This document shows, piece by piece, positions 1-21,867 of a stretch of 64,000 bases of DNA. The notes beneath the pieces were generated by a model. That model was not told the DNA's origin, made no database searches, and was given only the letters and a program-made list of their open reading frames with translations. The stretch covers positions 185,318,001-185,382,000 of the forward strand of contig OZ024740.1 of the NCBI GenBank assembly GCA_964016885.1, in the 5' to 3' direction. The stretch is from Eledone cirrhosa. Taxonomy: Eukaryota. The position numbers and the translations under genes were made by a program. The first letter of the stretch is position 1, and each line of letters opens with the position of its first letter.

Positions 1-4600
<4,600 letters not shown>

Positions 4601-7600
4601 CCTTGGTTTCGTTATTGTTTCTAAGTGGTGAAACCTTTTAGCCTGAACTTGACTGAGAAGGTAAGTACTAGGTTCGATAATGTATGAAGTCGTAAAAATA
4701 CAACACAACTAAGGAAAGTCGGTTTTGAATATATTTGCAAATTGCATCTATTAGCAAAGCAGATAACAGGAAATCGTACTGAAAATTAATGAGTTCCTCT
4801 TTTGAGTTAAATGAAAACACTTTGGTTTTATAGAACAAAAGAATTATTTAATTAAATTCTCTTATCCGTTTCGTTTCTGGAACTGCAGGAGTGGACTGGA
4901 ACTCAGAACAACAATGTTGGAAATTGCCCTTGTTAACCACACAGCTATGCCTAGCCGATATTTGACTGTAGTATCAATATTACGACATTGATTCACTCTT
5001 TCTTCCACAGAAGTAGCTTTTCCATAACGTTAAATGCAAAAACAGACGCAGTTACAAGCCAGTAGACAGCAATAACTATAGCTCGATGATAGATCAGGTC
5101 GATATTTGAAAAAGAAAGAAACTTTCATCCTGCTTTTAAAAAGCAATGTAGTATTTAACATGACACTATTGTTAAAATAAATAGAAAAGCTTCTTGCTTT
5201 TAAACATAACATACACTAGCAATCACTACTGCTGCGGGTGCTGTTGATACCGCAGCTATTGTTGCATATGTACTTATGGTTCCGAATAATACATACGACT
5301 GACCATTGTAGAACTGCAATTCACAGTAGTGCACCATCAAACTTAAAGCGCAAGTTTTCAAAATCAGGAGGCATTGTATTAATCAGAAGTTTACATTTAG
5401 ACGAAATGGAGAAACTGACCACATCGAACGTAACAAAAGATATACAATATTGCACGAAAGAGAAGAGAACTTGAAAACACAATTTCAAGTGAATTGATTG
5501 AAGAAAGGAAGAATGTAAAAAAAACAACAACAAAAAAACATAAACAATCCCACAACCACACTGAAAAGTGAGTAGATGAAAGCGCTCTCAAATTACAAAT
5601 CGAAAGTGGAGGATAATGTAATATTTGAGAACAGAACAGTTAACTTCAAAATCAATAAATGATAATAAAAAGTAAACATATGCATGTGATGCGCCAGTTA
5701 TGCTCATTCGACGCTTTAGAATCCTATGTTAAGAAGCTACAAGATAATATTTACCATTTGCAACTTATTCTGGCTTCAAAGATAATTTAGTACATTATAT
5801 CAGTTAAATGAGACGTTTCGAAATAAATAAGTAAATAAAGAGGAACGCTTACAGTGTTACGTAAATCAAAATATTGGAGAATATTCCTATATATGTCTTT
5901 ATATTCTAAAGCTACATGTATTTTTGCAGCAAATATTAAAGACCACTTTATGGTTTCGAATTCTGAGTAAAACCATTTATTGTTCAGTTATGTTCTGAAG
6001 TAAATCCTAAAGCTTTCAATTTCTTTTTTGTTTTTAAATAAACAAATAATTCGAAGCATACTTAGAGATATTTAAATTATAAGAGGGAAACTCACGTTCA
6101 ATTAATTCCGAGGTCCGGGGTTGGTCGAAAAAGTATTTGTTATTTAGTTTAAGTTGTATCCCCTAAAACTCCTGGGAAATGTATGACCCTAAATTCATCC
6201 GAATAAAATCGTTTTATTTTAACAATATATAATCCCGAAAATATGGTAATATTCTTTCTATATGGTAATTTCATTTGCCATCTCGATATCATTTTAATCA
6301 GGTGCTATTCTCTGTTAAAGGGGTTTCTTTTATCGTTTCATTCCTTAACAATTTGGAATGGGCGTCTGAGAATTCTAATAATATGCAAACTAGAAACGTC
6401 TTAGTTATGTATACCATATCATTCATCCTAAGTCTTTCGTAATCGTGTTAATTATATATACTAGTGTCAGCAAAAAAAAAAATATATATATAATTCCAAA
6501 TGATTCATTGTATTTATATTCAATTTGCTTTACTGATCTCATTTCCGGGAGTTGATATATTGCCTACAGAGTTATTTCAAATCAATCGATTCAGTTGGCA
6601 TCGATTTCTGGGAAGTTGACACAAATGTTTAAATAACAATTCTATTTTGGTTCTGACAAAATTTACTTAACATCATATATTTTCTCGTAGTAACTATATT
6701 TCGAATCTTCAAATGTAAGACTAGTAGCTATTTTGTTTGTAGCGACTGTGGTCAATGAATGTGGTGAAATACTTTATTGCTAGAAACTGTATATAGAACG
6801 TATAGAAATAGTTGAATACGTCCTTAGGATTACAAATATATTGAGTGTATGGTTATATTAAATTACGTCGTGTTTTAAGTTTCGGGTCATTATGTTTAAA
6901 GGTTGATTTGTTCGTAGAAATAGTAGAACATGTTCAAAACAAGCACGTCACAACTCGACTGAAAATATTTCCGTTTTAATTCTATTACCTTGAATTGTGC
7001 TCTTGTACAAATATATACTCGTATAGAGTGGCGCTAAAATTAAATGAAAAAACAGTATTTCCAAAAACGTGATATAAACAAAATCTGAGTTCAATAACAT
7101 ACTTATACTAAATATACTATTGAATGCATTTTGTATTATGTTGAGGTTCAATTTCTGAATATCTGAATAGAAGAGATGTAGTATAATTGTTGGTTCTAAT
7201 ATATTACTAGTACATATCATATCGGCTTGGAAAGAATGAGAGACAGCCGATTATTGCAAAGTTTGAATTCGCTACGTAATGGGTTAAACCTAAATATTTT
7301 ATGATATTCATATTGCTACTCTAATGTTTCTGACAATTCAATAAATAACAACAAAAAGTCAGTTCATGTGTTGTATACCTGTTTCTTTCATATACATTCC
7401 ATAAATGCATTTTTAATGTTTCATATCATGATGGAAATTTCTACAGCATTTGATTTTGGTTCGACACAAACATTTTATATTGACGCTTTTCCCTTTCATT
7501 TCACCATCATTTGTATATCTCTTTCTATATATGTTAGGTTCATTCGCTCTCACTGAATTACACATCTTCATTTTCGTTTGATAACAATTCTACAAAGCCT

Positions 7601-7952
7601 AAGTACAGTGTTGTACCATATAGTTTCAGAGTTAAGAGAAACTATACGCGTAGATGCATGCAGATATATCTGTATACAACTGTTTGCTATCAAGCAGGAC
7701 ATTATAATATTACTCATATTAAGGTTCCTCTCTGAAATGTACTACCATATAGTACTTCCTTTCCAACCACTCTTTTTGATAACGGATGTAATTCGAAAGT
7801 GTTAATGCAAACTGTCGTCATTGAGGAAATAGAATAATCAACTTAGACATACCCTCGCACGTACATACCTCCCCATCCGTTAAGAAATCGGAGGATCCTA
7901 ACTCTTACACAAAGTGGATAAAATACCTCATATGTATGTATGTGTGTGTGTG

Positions 7953-7988
<36 letters not shown>

Positions 7989-8528
7989 TGTTTGTGTGTG
8001 GATGTTTGGATTTTTCCATTGTCAATGTACAGGGGAATGATGTGGGTGAAAATGTACATGATATTTGTCTTCAAATTATCACGAACAAGTATATAAATAT
8101 ATACAGTATTCCCTAGATTCAACAGCGTTATAAATCAATCTGCCGATGCATCGTTAGTGCAATAAAATGCATCACATTATATTTGAATATTTAAGGAAGA
8201 AAGAGGGTTAAATTAATAGAACGAAAATAAATGTTTTGTGCAGTTTTAAAATGCAGAAACTCGGGCATCTATGTGTGTTTTAAATGTAGATGTTAAATTT
8301 ATCTAGCGTTTTTGTTTCTGCCTCTAAAGAGATGGGGTAGTCAATCAGGAATTAATTTTGTTTGTATTTATTAATAATGTTCTTTCTTTTGACACACGGT
8401 GCCTCTTCAGTATAGAGAATTACATTGCATTATTTTCCAATATCCGATTAATGTATCTATATATTTTTCTTTGTAATTTTACTGGTTTCAGACATTAGAC
8501 ACAAGCAGAATACTAACTAAAGCTTGTA

Positions 8529-9171
<643 letters not shown>

Positions 9172-10392
9172 AATGAAATGAATACTTCAAACATATATGT
9201 TCAAGATGTCCTTAAAAAAGATAAAATGTAAAGTAACTGTTTATGTTATAGAAATATATTCAGTTTAAATGGATAGCATGCTTATGACATCATTAAAAAT
9301 TATACAAATATTGAATTAGTACAGACATTTAGCTTTGCATCTGTGGCAGGATTTGCCATGAAATGGGTTACGCATTAATAATTTCAATAAAAATTCTATA
9401 TAATATTTTATATGTCTGTTGTAATCAACTTACTGCAAGGCTTCATACAAAATTCTATAGTTTTTCCCTTTTATTAAATGGAGCATTCACATACACGTGG
9501 CAGCTTAATGTGAAGGCATTAATGTCTATCTACCGTAAAATTTGACTCTTTTGTTGTTATGTTTTCGTTTTTAAATGCCATTAAAAATCAGCCTATATTT
9601 TACACAGTAAAGGTCAGTTTTAAGGTTAGTGGTAAGTGTTGGTTCAAGAAAGAGTATGACAAACAAATTGATGCAAGTCATAAGTTTGTAAGCCAAATAA
9701 GCCGTCAAATACACTCTATTGTTCATTCCATTCTATATTATTGTGTATTTGTTTATATTGACACTAGTATTAAACTATTTGTGATGTCGAGTATATGATT
9801 AATACTGAATACCTTGTAAAGTACATTTTTCATATCGACATATATGAATGTACATGGGTACTTGTATATTGTAGGCGTTATATATTCAAACGTCTCCAAA
9901 ATATTATGATACTTAATGCTAGATTATGACGACATACTCAATGTATGGCATTATAAGTTATGTTTGCAATGAGTTATTTAAGCAGATATACATTCTCTCT
10001 GAAAATATTAATCATGTGTCTGTATTCACTACTGTAGATAATAACCTCAAACTTGAAAAAACGATTATATTGCTAAATAGTTTATCATTTCATGCTTTCA
10101 CAAATATATCTTCCGTAAACAAGAATCAGAATGATAGATCTTTAATATATATAACACATGTATGCCTACATTATTTCATTGTGCTTATGCACTATAAACT
10201 ATTTCGCACTCGTATGGATGATTAAATAGTTTCCATGAATAACTTCAGTAATGTTCCCAAATGAGATAGATTTTCAACAGGAAATTACTGTAACGTAACA
10301 AAATATCAGGAACATATCTTTTCCGTGGTAATATACCAGGTGGACCATAACGCACCAGAGTACTCAATATCTAGCTGTCGAAACGGCCCGTA

Positions 10393-10573
10393 GATTGGCA
10401 GTATCGATAGAGACTCGGATGCCACGCTTTCCAGCATAGTTACGTCCCTTTACGATCTGAGTTCAAATCCCGCCGAGGTTGACTTTGCCTTTCATCCTTA
10501 CGGGGTCGATAAAATAAAGTACCAGTAATGCACTGGTTAATTGCTGGCCTTGTGCCTAAAGTAGAAACAATTA
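10393..10573 (+). mobile_element. SINE family A (MetaSINE/MESC-like central domain)
   Basis: B-box-like gagttcaaatccc followed by gaggttgactttgcctttcatccttacggggtcgataaaataaagtaccag and tail ggccttgtgcctaaagtagaaac; at least 6 copies in the window. Family name is from recall of the Meta domain. Confidence 0.85.
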
Positions 10574-10844
10574 CTTAATTCTATCGTGCAATGTCAGTGC
10601 CTCCATCATGGATCAACTAAGCACTCTTGGCATAACACATTTGAACTGCTTATCTTCAAGAACTATGCCTGTAAATAATATTATTTTTTCTTTCCCATTG
10701 CCTTATCATGTTCCACATTACCCCCTCCCTTTTTTTCTCTTTTTTCTTTTTACTTCAAAAGCCTTGTTTGTAAATAACATTATTCTTTCTTCACCATTTC
10801 CTTAACATGTTCAACATCACCAACATTTTACACCAATACAAATT

Positions 10845-10885
10845 TCCCCCTTTGATAAAGCATAAAATGTTGAAACCGGTAATAC
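10845..10885 (+). ncRNA. Degenerate type I hammerhead (U3-A8 core, stem I broken)
   Basis: TTGATAA-AGCAT(aaa)ATGTT-GAAA-CCGG-TA; flanks do not pair. Confidence 0.55.
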
Positions 10886-11074
10886 ACAATTATTAAATAT
10901 ATAAATAAATAAATAAATGCCATTGTTAATTAGTAAATAAATTAACTAATACCTTAACACTTCACACAAATTAAAATATTTTGTTTTAAACATTTTCTAA
11001 CCCAGAAAAAAGAGAAAAAAATAAAAGGGAAAAAAAAAAATTACTCTTCCTAAGAATCGTCCTCTTCTCCCCAT

Positions 11075-11128
<54 letters not shown>

Positions 11129-11255
11129 CAACTCGTGTGCGCCTTCTCCACATTTTATTATTATTATTTACTCCCCCACGAGATACAGAAAATGCCTACT
11201 AAAACAAAAACAGACTCCACTCTCATTAGCATCAATCAAGAGATACTCCAAGAAC

Positions 11256-11958
<703 letters not shown>

Positions 11959-11960
<2 letters not shown>

Positions 11961-12211
11961 CCCGCCGAGGTTAATTTTGCCTTTCATCATTTTGGAGTGA
12001 TAAAATTAAGTATCAGTCAAGTACTGGGTATTATTTACACGACTATCCCCTCCCTCCAAAAATGGCTGGCATTGTGCCTATATAAGAAATCATTATATAT
12101 ATATATATAATCCCGCTGAGGTTAACTTTGCCTTTCATCAATACGGGGTCGATAAAATAAAGTACCAGTAATGAATAATTGCTGGCCTTGTGCCAAAAGT
12201 AGAAACAATTA
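11959..12211 (+). mobile_element. Two tandem 5'-truncated copies of SINE family A
   Basis: Both begin at tcccgc(c/t)gaggttaa right after (TA)n (11959, 12108) and end in the gtgcc...agaaa tail. Confidence 0.85.
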
Positions 12212-13755
12212 TATATATATATATATATATATATTACCTGGTGTACATTCTTCTTATTTAAGTGTAGTGTGATAATTTTGACTGTAATTCAACATAACAA
12301 TATCCTGTCACTTTTCCGTTTGCTAATTGGTGTTTTGGTTAGATACGCAGCACAGTAAATATGATGAAATAAATTGAAGATATTCCAGTATTCTAGCCGA
12401 CAGATTATTTTACCAGTTATTTCATCTCCCACTTTATATTATACCCAGTAAAATTGGCTTTCAAATAGGTAATTGACGTTTGGGCAAAAATGTTATTAAC
12501 TGTTCAATGTAGGTTAGCTTGCAGACCAATTCATATATTAACGGATAATACACTAAACAGAAAACAATATTTCAAATATAGTAGGATTCCTATCAAATAA
12601 TTTATGACCATAAATCATAATTATGGCATATTGGACTTTCCGTCCCACATTAAATATTCATATATGTACCAAATAAATGTTTAGGTGTTAGCGTGATAAC
12701 GGCCTCTCTATATGATTGACCATCTTCTTCCTCTCTTTTTCCTCTTCTCTCTCTGCATATATATATATATATATATATATAATGTGTTGTGTGTGTATGT
12801 ATATATATATACTTATATATATATTGGGCAAATATCCGTGGTCATCGGCCATCAAAATGGACGAACATAGTTTCAACACCTACCGACATTACTGCTTTTC
12901 CATCCGGCGTCTCAGTATCTCACAACATATTCGCACATTGTATGCGGAGTATTAAGACGAAAACAGATGTTAACAAAACAAAACTCACGTGTAAAGAATT
13001 AAATGTGCGATATTTAAGTCGCAAAGTGTACGACAAAATAAGCCAGTGAGACGTGGATACGAAGGTGCATACAGAGCAGTTTGCCAATATTACAATATCA
13101 TCCGCAAGTAAATAGTATTAATATTTAGACGATGCAGGACACCTTTGAAATTTATATTCAGATACTTAAATACTTGAATGTATTTGCCAATTTTGACAGA
13201 AGGAGAGTGACAAAAATCATGTTTTAAACTCAGAATAAACGATGCATTTAACACCAGCACTTTAAACATAAACTAACGGAAAAATAAAATTATGTAATTG
13301 GGCATACTGAATGAGTCACTTCAAGATAGACAAAAATTGACTTTCCTCTCTCCCAAACTTGTTGGCCTTGTGTCTAAATCAGAAACCATTAATGTGAAGG
13401 TAGGTAATATTAAAAATAACAACACAGAAGTTCGTTTATTTTCACCGCAAATTATTGAGGCAATGTCAAAACTAACCCTATCACTAACCAAAACCCCAAA
13501 CTAACACTATTTATATTTACCGGTAAAATAACCTTCAAAATCATGTTTGTCTATTTTATTGGGACCGGCAAAGTAGCCTATTCCTTTTTGAAAAGGGGTA
13601 AAAGGTTTAGTTAGGTTGATTTTTTTTAAAGACGACTCTCCCAATTTAGAATAGTAAGTGTACTAACCTAGTAGTTGTTTTACCTGTTTAGAATCGCGAG
13701 GGGCTGTGTAATCGAAGGGGGTTTCAAACTTTCTGGATCAGGTTGCCGAGAAGTA

Positions 13756-14180
13756 TCTATATTAATAAAGCTGACGGTTGTATGTATGTATCTATGTATG
13801 TAACACACTGTTGGCCAAACGGCTGGACCAAAGGGCACCAAATTTGCACCAAAGATTTAACCTTTTTCAAGGAAGAAAGTGAGGGTATCATTTTTTGTCG
13901 AGTACCGACTCGATTTATGCAAAGATCACGGCAATATAGTATATTCGAAAAAGGAAGCATTTAGAATAGCGGATTTGCCTCCCTTGCATTATGCCAGTGC
14001 AACTGTTTCAACATACAAACACAATTAATAATATTTTTATCTACATGATTTGCTTTAAACAAACGGCGATAAAGATTCTGCTATAATTCATACTTTAGTT
14101 AACATTCAGCAATCATATTTCAATGGTCAAATATTGAAACTTTAATAAAATATCCGGGAATTACCGGGTAGCTCAGCTAG
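13756..14180 (+). mobile_element. Non-autonomous Helitron
   Basis: A|TCTATATTAATAAAG start, internal (GTAT)n, subterminal hairpin tatccgg-gaatta-ccgggta (14151-14170), CTAG|T end: canonical TC...CTRR termini in an AT target. Confidence 0.8.
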
Positions 14181-14561
14181 TATTCTATATTACCTTCTAC
14201 TTTACACATTATATATGACGGAATAAATATTTGATTTTGTAATTGTTTAATGTAGACATTTGTCTGAGTGTCCGTTTATATGCACGAGAGTGACATCAAA
14301 TCAAGCCAGTGTCAGTAGAATGGCATATCTCTCAAAATATAACATATCTAAAAATAACATACAGTTAATATTATAAATATAATTTCTTTGTACGTTCTCA
14401 GCCTCCTACACAGATATGTATTAATTTGTTAAATTATACTCCTCTTTCTCGCTCTCTGTCTTTCTCTCCTTATATATATATATATATACATACACACAAA
14501 TATATATGTGTGTATACATGAATCTATGTATTATGTGCATATATTTATTACACACACAAAC

Positions 14562-14592
<31 letters not shown>

Positions 14593-15299
14593 ATATGATG
14601 GTGACAATGTAATGACATTTACCTTTATTCATGAATGTATACAGACTTTTGTTTTATAGAACATCCTACACAACCAATGGGATTTAATTTTAGTCAGTTT
14701 ATTCAAAGCCTGTCCAGATCTCTGTACCTAATTGTTTAACTTGAACTCCTTCATAGCGTATCACGTACGGAACTAAAATATGTCCGTTAGGCAATGCAAG
14801 AATGTAAAGTGCACACTGATCTATGCTAATCTTCCTCAACACAGCTGTAGACGTCATATACAGTGACGACGGTTATCTAATAATACTACACATGCGACTT
14901 TTTCATAGTGATACTTGGAATTACTCTTACATATATAAGAAATGTAAGGGGATTGTTCAATAAATATGAAACTAGTATCAAATTTAGATGAATATTAGCT
15001 GAAACGGAGAGATAATTAAAACCTAGCTACATCATAGATATCTACCGCCGAGACGCAGACTCTGGTCTGCACGTTTTTCCAATCAAGTATAAATGAATGT
15101 GTATTAGTTGCTGTCATATTAACTCATTGGCCAGGTCAGGGGAAGTATGACGCAATTTTCTGACAGCCGATAATATATTGTAATACTAAGACGTTAACAG
15201 AAAGTGAATAGAACAGATTTTGTGTTTTATTAAGAATTTTTAAATGATTGTTTTAATTTCGCTACATCTTCTTTAGTTGGTCATTTATCAAGAAAGTAT

Positions 15300-15364
<65 letters not shown>

Positions 15365-18300
15365 GTTTGAATGTTTGTTATATCTATTGTGCTTCTAAAT
15401 ATTTGTATATATTTAGTATTTTAAAACTGGTTACATTTTGTGATCAAATGTAGGGAGGGAATTATGTCTATTTTTATATACAGTTTATATACACTTCAAG
15501 CCTCTTGGTAAACTAGTTAATAGATAATCTAGCACCTCTGCAATATAGAACTTCGTTAAATACATGAAATTTGAGTAAACAAGCGTTACCTTTATGATTT
15601 TGAATGGAATTGTTTAATTTTCTGTATGTTGGTTGGCGCTATCAGTAACATCTGTGTTGATTCGCTAAGCTTCTCGATATGAGAAAAATTATCTCTTGCA
15701 ACAGAACGAAATAAAAGTAGTAGTAAACCCAAATATACGTTGTTAAATAAGAGAAATCAGATTTACAGAAAAATATATCTGTGATTCTTTTTACCTGATT
15801 GTGTGAAATGTAGACTGTTCACAGCTTTGGCTCTGATTCGTATTTCTTTTCCGTTCAGACAAAATCAAAACAAGCATATATATATTTTTTTTTGTTTGTG
15901 TGTGTAACAAAGAATGTGATAGATCTCATCAACAAATCACATATCCTATTTTATATCCTATTTACTCTTTATTTTCAAACAATTATGCTACAATACACGT
16001 GGTTTAAAGTGTTACAAAAAGGAAGACTTCCCAACCGATTGAGATGTTACGGATGTTTGGAAGTAAGTTTGATGAAACTACACAGTTCCAACTTAATATT
16101 TCTTGGTTTGGTATCCTTTAGCGTTAAAAGTTTGCGTATTGCTTAATGAATAAGGTAAGTTTTAGAAAATACTGATACAGTTGCATCAGTTAAATGACAG
16201 CTCTAATAGAGAGGTCCTCCATAAAATATTTCATTTTCTCCGTTGTTAGTAAATTGTACGTCAACATTTTGTTCATCTATTATTATATAGATTTCCTGTC
16301 AGTATAATTTAGCAATACAAAGTCTTACAATTACTCCAATTATATCTACACGAACTGAACCGTTATCCCAATGGAATTTGGTGACTGCCGACGTGTCTCG
16401 AATAATTGTCATGGCATAAGCTGTATCCGTAATAATTGTAATGCTGGATAAATAGTGTCACGATCATAGTGATGGATCAGAAATCACGGATTTGAATCGA
16501 CAATGTTTATTTTTTGTCAGAAGAAATAATGTGTAATTAAGTTGATCTGCGCTTGGCTGCAAAAAAAGGGATTACCGGAACTTTGAAATTCAAACAGACA
16601 AACTTTAATTATCTCTTTATTTTCAGAAAAATGTAAAATAATGCTACATTTTCCAGAAAACCTATCCAATCAAGAACAATGCTGGGTACACCTGGACTGA
16701 CCTAACCTCGCTCGATACACATTATGAAAGAATTTCTCAAACGTATCTCGGTATCTGTCTAAAATGTTTTCAAAGCTAAAATATAGTTAATTCTAAGGAG
16801 AACGCATTTTATGTGCTAAATAGTAGTGCTCCCTATATGTAACCAATACTAGACGTGTGCAATAATATAGAATTAGAGTACATCCTCTGTATAATTCTGT
16901 CACATTTCTAACGTGCAAATATATATGATGTAAGGAAAAACATAAATGTAGGAAAAGTAATTTTGTTCCTACTGAGCTAAATTCAATTCATCCGATAGTC
17001 ATTCATTTCCCTGAACTGTATGAAAAGAAACGAAGAACATAACAACCACTTGTTCAATTAGTAAAAGAGAATAGAAATATGTTGGGAGAAAAAATTCAAG
17101 CGTGTACTTAACTGCACTATTTTTATAAAGTAGGTTAACCGTACGCTCTTTACAAATGAACTTAGTAATTGCCGAAGACAGTTTTCTTTCTCGATTACTT
17201 CTGAGAGCGACTGATTATATCTCTTTACTTTTTTAAACTTATATTTGTATTTGTTTCTTTAGATTTTATCATATTTATTTTCCTTATATTGGTATAATAT
17301 CTAATCTCATAAAGTTCTCCTTTGTTTTTGTCTTCGAACAATAGAAACAAAAACTACTTTATTAACTTTAAGTTGCTCTTTAAATACACAATATTTATTG
17401 GAGTATTATTGACAGTGAATCATCCTTTAGCACTACCTAGTTAGTTGTTCTTTTAATGATTTTTTTATAAAGTGCGAAAACTACCACGGCCGCTTATATA
17501 TAATAACACTAAGTTTGAGAATTCCCTCAATCGTAAGGAAATGTTCGATTTATTAAGGTCAGTATTTACTGGACATTTTATGAAAGGGACATTTGAAAAC
17601 TGACTCTGTAACAGCAAAAATTTCATTGTGTCTCTGCGCTCGATATTGCACAATATAACCACAGATTGACAGTCCTCTCAGTAACTAATAATAGCATATA
17701 GCAGACATGTTCTATCTCATGTACGTAATACTACACCCCACTCCCCGCAAAAAACATTAATTTGATCTCTAATGATATATTTTGGTAGAACATGTGAAGA
17801 GTGAAAATATATAGAACGTGAATTTTCAATTTTAGAATGCACAGAGAAGGGTTTGCATTTCACCATCAGTTAAAGGAATCGTAGAAATCAGCACGTTCAA
17901 TTTTATATTGGCCTCATATAAGTTACTTTAAGAACATTAACGAAATCACATCAAGGGACCTATTTTTCACCAAACTAGATTTATTGATATATTTGATTTA
18001 TAATCAGAGATTTATTTCTTTTCGCTTCAGTTTGAATTCATACTTTGGATTATATATTATATAGAAAAAGGTCAGTCAATGATTCTGGGGAAAACTCTGA
18101 TATGTGGCTTGAGGAAATATCCTACTTCCATTTTATTCCCTGTAACGACTTAAATTTTATTTATCAATGTCTCAGGAAGTGAAATCATCCGTTTCTAATC
18201 ATTACAAGTTATCGTTATTTTTAACGGAGTTTTCACTTTCGTTGCTAATTAATAAAAATGCTTGCCAAATTTTTCCTCATCCTCTACATGCGTCTTTGTT

Positions 18301-20819
18301 CCGTAACAACTGTTCTTTCAATACTCAATCTCTCGGCAAGTAACCTTATTGTTTTGATACAATGCCATGACGTGAACTATGGAATACTATTCAGATTAAT
18401 CTTCATTACATTTACTCCTGGGTATTTCACTCTCACAACTTCAGTGGGAGGTTATAACGCCATCAACACTACGGTATCTTTCTCTTGGTAAAGAGCCATA
18501 TTTCACTATCAATAACATATTAATGGAAAAGAAAATATATTCTTACCACATACTCATCTAGGAAGATGTGTAATAGAAATAATACACACATGCTCATGTA
18601 AAGAATCTTTGTAAGTATACTTTCATTGAATCACCGTAAATTATAATCAATCAATGGGCTAGTTCCATATATTGTTCAGTCATTACAATGGTTCATTCTA
18701 CCCTGTTAAAAGATGAACTTCAATTGTGCACTAGAATTAATTTCAGTCATTTTGGCATATCAGTAACTGTAACCAAAATAAATAAATAACATATGTAAAT
18801 ATTTTTGAACATGATCGTTTACATTCAAGATGGCGAGACTATAAATGCCTTCACTATATCATTTTTTCTGTTGTATTATGTTTTCTATTGGCTTTCTAGG
18901 TTTATGCCACTTTTAATTACTTCCGCAATTTCTGATTGATGTTTTAGATTTTGTGTTAATGAGCGTTGATTCCTAGCAATACGGAACAAGTTTATTAAAA
19001 GCAAACTTTCATAGACATTTAACAAAGACAGATAATGTTGTTGCTTGTAAACAATTGGTTGTAAAATATACAATGGAAATTACACTGAATGACTTTAATT
19101 GCTACTTCTATAAAATGCCAAAATTATCAAACGAAAGTTGAGTAATCAAATATTTAGTTGGATATATGAACTGTACATGAATTCCTTTACTTCCTTTAGT
19201 GATACTATTAACTACATTAATGGCTGTTTTACTCTCATTTTAACCAGACTCTGCTAACAGTAAACACAGATAAAGTTCTATATTGATAGTAAGCTACAAA
19301 AGATTATTGAAAATATTAATATATAAGAAAAATACTCCATTTTGACAAAAATCGATATGAATCAATATGTGCAGAAAACAGCAAATTATAGTACTTCAAA
19401 ACATTATACCAAAGTACATCCCACTCCTCGAAATTATTGTAGGCAAAATTTATTTCTAGTATTAAATTTAAAATATAAGAGTGTTGTGTCGAAACTGCAT
19501 GGAAGTAAAGTATCCTGAACCATCATGTAAGTATTTGTTAGTGATCCTATTGTTTTGAAGTGCGTGTATGTTTGCGAAAATAGAATAAATGATTGAATAT
19601 ATCAGTGGAGACCTTTATAAAGCGCAACGTTTAATGCACTTTTAGTTACGACTGACATCATCTTAAATATTTATGAGCATATTTCGCTACCTAGAGGATA
19701 TACATTTATAAACACTAATTTAGAAAACGGAGATTTGAGACTTTTGCTGAGTGGGGTAGATTTTAACTGGTTAATGTGACTCAGAGAAAAGTATAAGTTG
19801 CATTTCTTGAAGTTAAAATCTGAACACTCTGGTATCACTTTAATAATGGATTAGATATACATTGACATTGTCTATATGTTATGTGAAAATCACGAATGCA
19901 ATCTATATAAATTGCAATAAATATTCACTCATACGATTTACTTAAACTAAGCTAGAGGTAATGAACCATTGTATAACTAACAACCGTTGAATACACGATT
20001 TAAGTAGATATTCCTGTTTCATTGTCATATTGTCTCTTTCCTTTTCTGAGAAGTTTACAGTTAATAAATGACTGTGGAAGTAAACAAGTTACATTGCTCT
20101 TCGCATACTGAACATTTCTATAATTTATTAACACCAGTTTAAACATATGCCTAAGGTATAATCATTTTGACTGCTTTTTAGTCCCATTTTTGCATGGTGA
20201 ACATCATCAGTAAATCTCTATATATTACGCTTATTAAACATTTCCTCGAAATAAAATATCTTATCGACAGTTAATAGAGAACAGAAAAGTTGCCTGGGTA
20301 TTTACTATTTGGATATTAACTTCTAATTAAAACAACATAACTTATACGTGTGTAACATGTGCGTGTGCGTGCGTGCTTATGCTACCATTATGCGTCATTT
20401 TACACAAGCGTTAAACTGTAATTGAAAAGAAGAAATGTTCTAGCATGCATTATTTAAACTTATTCATGTTGCGGTACATGATATCAATTCTGAAGTCTAT
20501 TTTCTCAGAGAGAAGGGGTATGTAAATCGTTGAGTTACGTTCTACGAAGTCGAATTAAGTGAACGTACTATTATTCTTATGTTTGGTATTGTTGAACTAG
20601 TTGGCTACAGCATTACTGTTATAACATTACTGTAAGATAGGGTCTCTTATAAGGTTGCCGTCGATGCAGCTTAGGTTTCTTTATAGATTTACCGGCTTTT
20701 ATTTGCTCAAATATCCTATTTCCTATCAGTTTTACCTTACCATCATAAGGTTTCGTCGGTTTCCTATGTTTGGGAAAAAGTTGTTTCGTACAATTTTGTT
20801 GTGTCTGTATCCCCATCAT

Positions 20820-20897
20820 AGATGATGATGATGATAATGGTGATAGTGATGATGGTGATGATGATGATGATGATAATGATAGAAGCAGCAGCAGCAA
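20820..20897. repeat. (GAT)n/(CAG)n trinucleotide repeat
   Basis: Directly visible. Confidence 0.9.
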
Positions 20898-21137
20898 TCA
20901 TTTCAGCAAGCTAGATCACCAGCTATGGCTGATATGTCTACAGTGAAATATAATCTTGATGTGAAGATAAGAATATGTGTGTACTTACATTCGTAGAAAA
21001 TTATAAAGCTAAACAAGTTTGCGTAATTGTTCAGGGTAGCGTTTGTCGATTGCTATCTAGATTTGTGATCTGCACATTCACACAGTTATATACATTGACA
21101 TATCAATACATACAAACACAGACACCCATACACATTC

Positions 21138-21229
<92 letters not shown>

Positions 21230-21388
21230 TATCGGGGAAGCGTAGAAATAATTACACCAGATAGGTAGAGAAAAAGAGATCTGACGTTTCATGTTATGTC
21301 TTTTATGAAAGTAAAAGAAAATAAAGAAACAGATTATACAAAAAGTTGTAAGAAATCTAACGAGATATAATATGAATGTAATATATAT

Positions 21389-21424
<36 letters not shown>

Positions 21425-21571
21425 GCAATATAAATGTAATATATATATGTATAAATATAATATAAATGTAATATATTTATATATATATATATATATATAA
21501 TATAAATGTAATATATATATATAAAATAATTATACATAAGATACATGTAATAGATATATATATATAATATG

Positions 21572-21789
21572 GAGCGATCGACTTTCGTTAAATCGGACCG
21601 AAGATCCAATCTTTTCATTAGTCTTTCAAATTGCTAATACTACCTATCGGTCGCAACTCCAGGTAGAAGGAGCAACGTGAAATAAAGAGTCTTCCTCAAG
21701 GGCATAACGCACCGCCCGGTCCGGGAATCGAACTCACAACCTCACGATTACAATCCAATTCTCTAACCTCTCAGCCACACGCCTTCACT
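21572..21789 (-). mobile_element. tRNA-derived SINE family B, full length
   Basis: Reverse complement of the copy at 61982-62201; A and B boxes present. Confidence 0.85.
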
Positions 21790-21867
21790 ATATATATATA
21801 TATACACCCCCCCACACACAATTAACCGTGGATATTTCTGTGAGTGTGTGTGTGTGTATATATATAT

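Noticed and set aside
13430-13535. Telomere-like ctaaccct repeats
   Set aside because: Few and degenerate; more likely part of a small DNA element than a telomere.
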